DNA of 64,000 nt from Chrysomallon squamiferum. Taxonomy: Eukaryota > Animalia > Mollusca. A program made the translations under genes and the position numbers. Below the pieces are notes generated by a model, which worked only from the letters and a program-made list of their open reading frames with translations, did no database searches and was not told the DNA's origin. Positions 43,500 through 64,000 of this stretch are shown piece by piece (position 1 is the first letter of the stretch; every line of letters starts with the position of its first letter). The stretch covers positions 15,810,001-15,874,000 of the forward strand of contig CM022666.1 in NCBI GenBank assembly GCA_012295275.1. Direction: 5' to 3'.

Positions 43500-43920
43500 A
43501 GTCTGTTATAAGATTAGTTATAGAGAAAAGAGTGTGTTGTGGCTATTTACAGATAAAAGAGTCGAGTTATTATGTTAGAATATTAGTTAGAGAGAAGATA
43601 ATGTAGTGTTAGTATATTAGAAGATTAATTAGAATGAAGAGAATGTACTGTTAGTATGTTAAAAGATTAGAGAGAACACGGTGTAGTGTTAGTATGTTAC
43701 AAAATTAGTTATAGAGAAGAGAGAGTACGGTTTGTATGTTAGAAGTTTAGTTATAGAGAAAAAAAGACTGGTGGATCAATTATAGAGAATAACATGTTGT
43801 GTTAGTGTGTTAGACATTCAAAGATAGATAAAAGAGAATGTAGTGTTAGTATTTTATAAGTTTAGTTATAGAGAAGAGAGTAGTGTTTGTATGTTAGACG
43901 TTTCTTTATAGAGAAAAGAG
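43500..43920. repeat. Degenerate ~43-bp minisatellite, about 10 copies, intergenic
   Basis: GTGTTAGTATGTTAGAAGATTAGTTATAGAGAAGAGAATGTA-like unit repeated. Confidence 0.8.
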
Positions 43921-44189
43921 CGTTATCAACTTTTACAGTAACTACTGTAGACGTTTCATACTTGGTACAAAATTACACATGTAAGTAATTAATTGTATGT
44001 ATTTAACGCTAATTAAGTTACTATAACTAAGCATAATTATCAGTAAAAGAAAATTAAATTATAAAGCTCCTCTTTAAATATAGTTCAACTGCGCATGAAA
44101 TAAATATTTTGTAATTTAAAAAAAAGTATATAATATTTTTTATTATTATTATTATTATTACTACTACTACTACTACTACTACTACAACA

Positions 44190-44287
<98 letters not shown>

Positions 44288-44633
44288 CTTATAGCTGGCA
44301 ATGCGTTAATGAAGGACATTTATCTTAATATAATTTTTTAAGTATCTATTCCGCTTCATTAAAAACGTTAATTACATTAGACAGTATCGTTCTTTATCAT
44401 TCATTCATTCATTTATTTATCGAAAATGTGCTTCATTCCAGAATGCACTTAAATGTTTAAGGTGAACACTGTGCGGCGACCTGTTCGTCTGCTTTCTCGG
44501 TTTCCCGCTCCCCAGACAGTTATCAAACGTTAAAAGCAGACGTATAAAGTGGTTTCTGCAACCAATTATTACTTACAGAAATTTGGGCTTGGTAAAAGTT
44601 CAATGAACAGGATGGTTTGCCAGACGTTTTTGT

Positions 44634-44766
<133 letters not shown>

Positions 44767-45108
44767 TAATGTACGTATGTGACTGTTTCTATATAATATT
44801 TATGTATGTATATAATTATATTTATATGTTTGTGTATGTGTGCCTATTCAGAATGATAGAATAATAGTATTTATTTATTTATTTATTTATTTAAAAAAGA
44901 TAAATAATAAATTAATATTCAGCAGTCTGAGTTATGTTGACTAATTATAAATAACAGTTAAGTCATTATAATATTAAAGATAATTAATTTAATTTTAATC
45001 AAATTTAGTGATTTTTTATATAAAATATGGTTGTTTCGGATACAATAATTATAAAATATAGGTCAACATTCCTGGATAAGATTTTACAACAACAACAACA
45101 ACAACAAC

Positions 45109-45155
<47 letters not shown>

Positions 45156-45256
45156 CATCTTAAAAAATAATCGATTCAAACTTACACAAGATATTTTAAA
45201 ACAAGGAATATAAAAATAAAAACTTGCGATTGCTTCATGTCCACAATTCTGAACGA

Positions 45257-45287
45257 TGACGTCAAAGCTTTATGTTTTGTGACGTCA
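45257..45287 (+). promoter_or_regulatory. Twin CRE palindromes upstream of the first GGT exon
   Basis: TGACGTCA at 45257 and 45280, about 80-100 nt before the ATG at 45361. Confidence 0.5.
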
Positions 45288-45360
45288 GTGAAATGCCAAT
45301 GTCGGAGCTGCCTTCACATTTACTAAAACACTGCTAGACCTAGTTCTTGTTTTACTAATT

Positions 45361-56905
<11,545 letters not shown>

Positions 56906-57599
56906 ACACAAAAAAATTCTTGAACGCGACAGTTCGTAACATGAAGCAGCGAGCTACTCGTTTCATTTAGCAGCAAGAGCTCTTTTTAGTAAAACCTTCC
57001 CAGAAACAGGACCTCATATACGACAGTTTTACATAAACCAGTCCTCCAGGAATTAGCTGTCAGCTTAAATAATCCAGACAGAGCGCTGAGAAGCCATAGT
57101 CCCCTATATAGACCTGTATCGCCATTTTTTTTTTTTATTATTATTTTTTTTTCTTAATTACTAAATTGATCCATATATATATATATATATTTGTTATTGT
57201 GTTAGTTATGGGAAATATTTTTAACGAAATTATTTAGAAGAAATTATTTGATTCGGTTTTGTTTTAAAATTAATTTAAGTAGCAATAGTTATTACGTTTT
57301 CTCTGTAACGTCTTCGTAGAACAGAAGAATTCGAAGACTTAATTAAAATTCGAGTTTTGGGAAGTTTCGTTATGTTTCATATAAAAATGATTGTTTAAGA
57401 ATTATGAAATATCTAGACAAAATAACGCCAGTTCATACAATCAACATTTGTTAGGTTAATATGTATTTTGTACTAGTTAGGTTGAAATTTACTTCACTGC
57501 TAATGTATTAGGTTTATATACAATAAATAATTAAAGTTGTTTTTTGTTTGTTTGTTTATAATAAATACTATTACACAGTGGACTTCTTGTTCTTGTCTT

Positions 57600-57630
<31 letters not shown>

Positions 57631-58392
57631 TTATTATTATTATGATATATTTTTAGATGAATAATTAATTTTTTCACGAAATTATTGATTTAATAAAAGC
57701 AGCAGCGAGATATAATACGAAATAGAAAGAAAGAAGGTCTAATTAAGGCATGGTCAAAACAATAGCATTACGTCATAACAATAGCATTACGTCATAACAA
57801 TGCATGGAAATGGGGGCATAAGATTAATTCTCGGAATAAAAACTTCTGAATTTGTATAAAATATCTCCACAGAATCCACAGATTAAACGTAACAGTAAGT
57901 AAACTTGGTGAAAACACAGAACACAACAAGACTTAGGGAAAAAAAGATTTGCTGAAAAGGTTTCGTTTAAAGTTTTGTGATTTAGTAACAACAACATTAA
58001 TACAGTTCTAGCACTAGTCGTATTACTAGTAGAAGCAAATAAAGCAGCAATAGTAAAAGTAGTAGTAGCAATAATTATAATAATAGTAGTAACAGCCTAA
58101 TTGTAAAAGTAGAAGAAGTAGTAGAAGTTGTAATAATAAGAATAATGTGCAGGACTAGGAATAACAAACAACATCTGATTTACTGTTATTATTAAAGCTT
58201 TATTACATAAAGTAACAAAATATAAAATGACGTCATTGCCATTTCAACCAGTAAGTCATAGAAAATAGTTCACTGACCAGATACAGACAGACAGACAGAC
58301 AGACAGACAGAACTACAGCTTTATATTCAAACAATCATTTGCGTTCCTCGATGCAGCTATATAAATTCTATACGTCAAATACATGCTCACTC

Positions 58393-58465
<73 letters not shown>

Positions 58466-58713
58466 ATGCACACAAAATGCATTCAGCGTCAGTAAGAAAA
58501 TATTAATTTTGTTGTAATTAACCACAAAACATAAAATCGAAGTTTAATTTGAATGAACACAGGTAAGGCTGAGTTAAGAGAAATGTATAAAAACATAATC
58601 TCGAACTTCACAGACAACAAAATGTTCAGATATATTTATAATCCCTGTTTTTATATTTGAGTAAAATTAATGACAAATTATTTTCACGTTTCATTTTGAG
58701 TTATTATATTCTA

Positions 58714-58760
<47 letters not shown>

Positions 58761-59294
58761 CAAGCTGTGATACGAAATAAACAAAATATTTACTGACCTC
58801 ATGAAACAATCGTTTGTTCATTCTCACTACATTCGCATGCAGCTACGTAAGACTTACGTCAAATTATTATGACGTCATAAGGATTTAAACTTAATAGGTT
58901 AACAAAAACCAAATAATTTTACATTTAGAAAAAAAAAAAAACAGGTAGCGTTGTTTTATTTCATGATAAAATCATTGCATAGATCAACATTTGAGCACCT
59001 ACTAAGTATTACTTTGGACAAACTTTGTATAAAAAACATTAATTTTACTAAGTGTCTAAAAATTTATTTGTGAGAGTACGGTAATGACGTCAGGGGTAGA
59101 TTCCTGGTGTATCTGTTTCTGGGATCAGTGAACTTTGGTTTATAAAAGTAAATTTTAAGAAACACTAAACATATTTCAATAAACAGTATAATGAAAGCTT
59201 AGACATACATGAAGTATATTATTATTATTATGCTGGGATTTGTGTATAGCACGATCTGGAAATGTTCCCTCCTGTGAAATATATGAGAGCTAAA

Positions 59295-59352
<58 letters not shown>

Positions 59353-60839
59353 GTAAATGATCAAAACACAGTTGTGATTAAATAAATTGCAATATCATAT
59401 TTATAAACTACATATATAACTGAAACTATTTCTTTTAAAAAATATTTTTACAACACTAAATCATTTTAATCAGATCAGTGACAATCTCTCTAAACACAAT
59501 TTATAGAAATTTTAAAAATTATTTCCTGACGTCTCACTGTTGTCTCCCACTTTTTCTCAAATCCGAGACAAGTTTACCAAACTTTAATACTTTCTCATAA
59601 ACACGTTTTTCTCCCGCCATTCCAACAGATATCTTTACAGTTTTGTTTATCTTACAGAATGTAGTAAAAATTTCGCTTTCACAGATACTATTTATTACGT
59701 TCTCACTTACAGACACACGTAACCCGTACTATGTCAAAAAGACACATCAATGTATTTGTCAACGACAAACCATCTCACATCAAAGCTCATTTCATTCAAA
59801 CAAAAATACTTTCAAAATGTCTCTGTCAGTCTCACATCTCTCACTATTTTAAAATCTCACACAGAGATCGAATCTTGATCATTACAAGCGATCCTACGTC
59901 ACAATATTTCACAATAATAAAGTTTCTTATACTGAAGCCATATATTCCATAATTACAATATTTCTAACCACCTTTGTCAGTATCACATTATTTACTTTTA
60001 AAAAATGTTTTACATAACTCTCTATGTACAGCAACTTTTATACAGCAAAATACATACAGTCATAGTTTAAAACAAGCTATTTACAATTAAATAGACGTTT
60101 TTAAATATACGTACAATCATAATAATACAGATTAAAATCATTAATTATACATTTTTTTTATTATTATTTTTCTTCCATTTGAAGAATGGTGGACGGCGTT
60201 ATGGTTTCAGCTTTTATTTAAAACAGTAAAATACACAACACAACTGTAAATGCTTTCTGCGTTTTAAATTTCTTTTTTTTTTTTTTTTTAAATTTAATAA
60301 AAAAAAAAATATTATTACCAACATTAAAATTTAAAAAAAAATAAAAATTAAGTAAATAAATAGATAAATTAGTATAAAGTCAAAATTATTCTCTCGTTTT
60401 ATTTATGTTTTTTCTATGAATAAAATTAACATTACATGTATTCAGAATTTTAGACAGTTATTATATTATATAATTTATTTCAATAAATTTAATAAGAAAT
60501 ATTTAAAATTTTGCATTAATGTGCATATTTTGCATTGATTTTATATATACACACATGACTTAATCAAAATTTAAAAATTATTTTAAAACTAATTGCATTA
60601 ATGTGCATAAATTATGTCTGTAAGATAGTTAAATACACAATTAATTAAATTGTGTTTTGTTTTATTAGTTTTAATATGATGTTACATTTGTACAGTGAAA
60701 TATGTTTATTAAATAATTAGTTATAATTATATTTTACTATATACATTTGTTTTAATGTGAAATTTTATATAATGATGTGTTAATTCTAATGCCTTTATAT
60801 AAAGTGAAAAAAAAAGTAACAAATAAAACAAACAAACAA

Positions 60840-60887
<48 letters not shown>

Positions 60888-61495
60888 ATTTTCTTTTAAA
60901 TACTCAAAACGTTTGTAATTCAGAAACTTCAGTTTTGTTGAATTCTGCTTCTAATTATTTTCGAGTATAATAAATTTTATCTGTATTTAATTTTTTTAGA
61001 ATGACTGTATATATTTTAAGTAAGACAAAATAAATTTATGTTTCTAATACTCTAGTCCATACAGAACTGAAGGCATTTTATATACCTTCAGTGGTCAAAA
61101 AAAAAAAAAAAAAAACAATCAGCAAACAAAAAGGAAAAAAAAAGTATGAAATAGGTAGCCAAACATTTTGTAATAAAAAATAAAACTGCAGTTTAAAACA
61201 TTGTCGGACATCATACCCTACAGACACAAAGCAGCACAAAATTAATTTCTGTATCACTATGGCAGACTTATTTAACAATACATCCAGACAAGAAAATTAA
61301 TTCTTAATATGTCATATAGAACCAGCTTTCTTTATTGTTGTTGTTTATACAACATTAAATATATATGTGTTTTTTGTTTATATAAACATACACACATATA
61401 ATTATATTTATTTATTTTTTTTTTTTATTTATTAAAATATTCGCTAGTATATTTAAATTAATTTTTGAATATAATTATAGTCAAATAACCAAGAT

Positions 61496-61544
<49 letters not shown>

Positions 61545-62577
61545 CAGTTAGAGCTCATCTTTTTACAAAAGGTTAAACAATTACTGATAAGTTTTACCAG
61601 AAATTAATTTTGTGCTTTCAGTGGTTGTCTCCCATTTTTTTATACACATCTACAATTTAAACAGACAGGTCCGAAACTATTTCTTGTTAAAAACAGGATT
61701 ACAATGAATATATGAAAACTTTTCAGTGGTAGGATAGATTTAAATGTAGAGTCTTTCAACTGGAACGTGTGACAAATAGAAATCAGGTTTTGTACGTTAT
61801 TAACATGTGTAACAAATGGGAGGGTACCGCTACAACAAACACAGCTGTAAACACTTTGTCAAATGTCTGATTGTACTAAACATCTAAGAAGATTCAAAAT
61901 TTAATAAAATCTTTCAAAAATTAGAAAACAAAGATTCTTAAGAAATTATTTTTTCTCGTTTGTCTCAGTCTAATTCTAAAAAAAAAAAAATTAAATTAAA
62001 TTAAAAAAACCTTAAAAAAAACTAAGAAAAAGAATTCTTGCAGCTTACTCAGCTGTTGTCATAATAACATGGCAATAATGATTTTAAAAAGATTTTTTAA
62101 TAATTATTCTTTATATTTTATTTTAAATCCTTTGTGCAGACCTTTCTTAACTGATAATAATTTTTGAATTTAAAAAGATATATATATCTGTATAAAATAA
62201 TAATAATAATAATTTTTCACTTTCATATAGTTAAAAAGAAATAATAATGTTAAAAATTAGAAATATATATATATATATTCATCACATGCAATTAAAAAAC
62301 AGAAAACCATTATGATTAAGTCACCTAGATAAAAAAATATTTGGCAAGAAATTAAAAACATATTTTTTAAATAATTAAAAGGAAATGAAAATAATATATA
62401 TAAAAAAACTGTTATAAAAATATATCAATAATAAAATCAAATCAAATAGAAAATATAAATAAATAAAAAAATAAAATCAAATAAAAATGATAAAAAAAAG
62501 TTAAAATAATAATAAAATGTTATGAATGAATGTGGAATGTACATGTAAGAGTTTTGTGCATTGCAGTGACCAGATAG

Positions 62578-63561
<984 letters not shown>

Positions 63562-63582
<21 letters not shown>

Positions 63583-64000
63583 CTGTAACACACAAACACA
63601 GGTTTATGTAGCAACAGCAACAACATTATCACTGTGTTCTGTAACACACAAACACAGGTGTATGTAGCAACAACAACAACATCATTACTGTGTTCTGTAA
63701 CACACAAACACAGATTTATGCAGCAACAACAACAACATCATCATGTTCTGTAACACACAAATACAGGTTTATGTAGCAACAACAACAACATCATCACTGT
63801 GTTCTGTAACACACAAACACAGGTTTATGTAGCAACAGCAACAGCAGCATTGTTGTGTTCTGTAACACACAAACACAGGTTTATGTAGCAGCAACAACAA
63901 CAACATTGTTGTGTTCTGTAACACACAAACACAGATTTATGTAGCAACACCAACAACAACATCACTGTGTTCTGTAATACACAAACACAGGTGTATGTAG
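63562..64000 (-). repeat. 56-bp tandem array, at least 8 copies, of the FN3 exon acceptor junction
   Basis: Unit (minus) CTACATAAACCTGTGTTTGTGTGTTACAG|AACACA...ATGYTGYTGTTG; TTCTGTAA near 63581, 63637, 63693, 63746, 63802, 63858, 63914 and 63970; runs off the window. Confidence 0.95.

Overview
Animal genomic DNA, very AT-rich and full of microsatellites (probably a lophotrochozoan such as a mollusc; this is inference only). Most ORF-track entries are repeat artefacts. Five spliced genes can be rebuilt by hand. (1) IFT81, minus strand, 11 coding exons, continuing off the left edge. (2) SPCS2, plus strand, head-to-head with IFT81, with a U12-type intron. (3) An unrecognised secreted, helical, basic-tailed protein of about 426 aa, minus strand. 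(4) A type II membrane gamma-glutamyltranspeptidase, plus strand, with one apparent frameshift. (5) The 3' end of an FN3-domain, probably GPI-anchored protein, minus strand, with one apparent frameshift. The most unusual signal is that most large minisatellites are tandem copies of a real exon/intron junction. There are six clear arrays plus one old degenerate array, in four genes. The exon itself stays single and the copies run into the intron. In three donor arrays the common variants in the exon-derived part are synonymous in the exon frame, and exon-matching copies cluster next to the exon. This suggests polarised growth from, or exchange with, the functional exon end.
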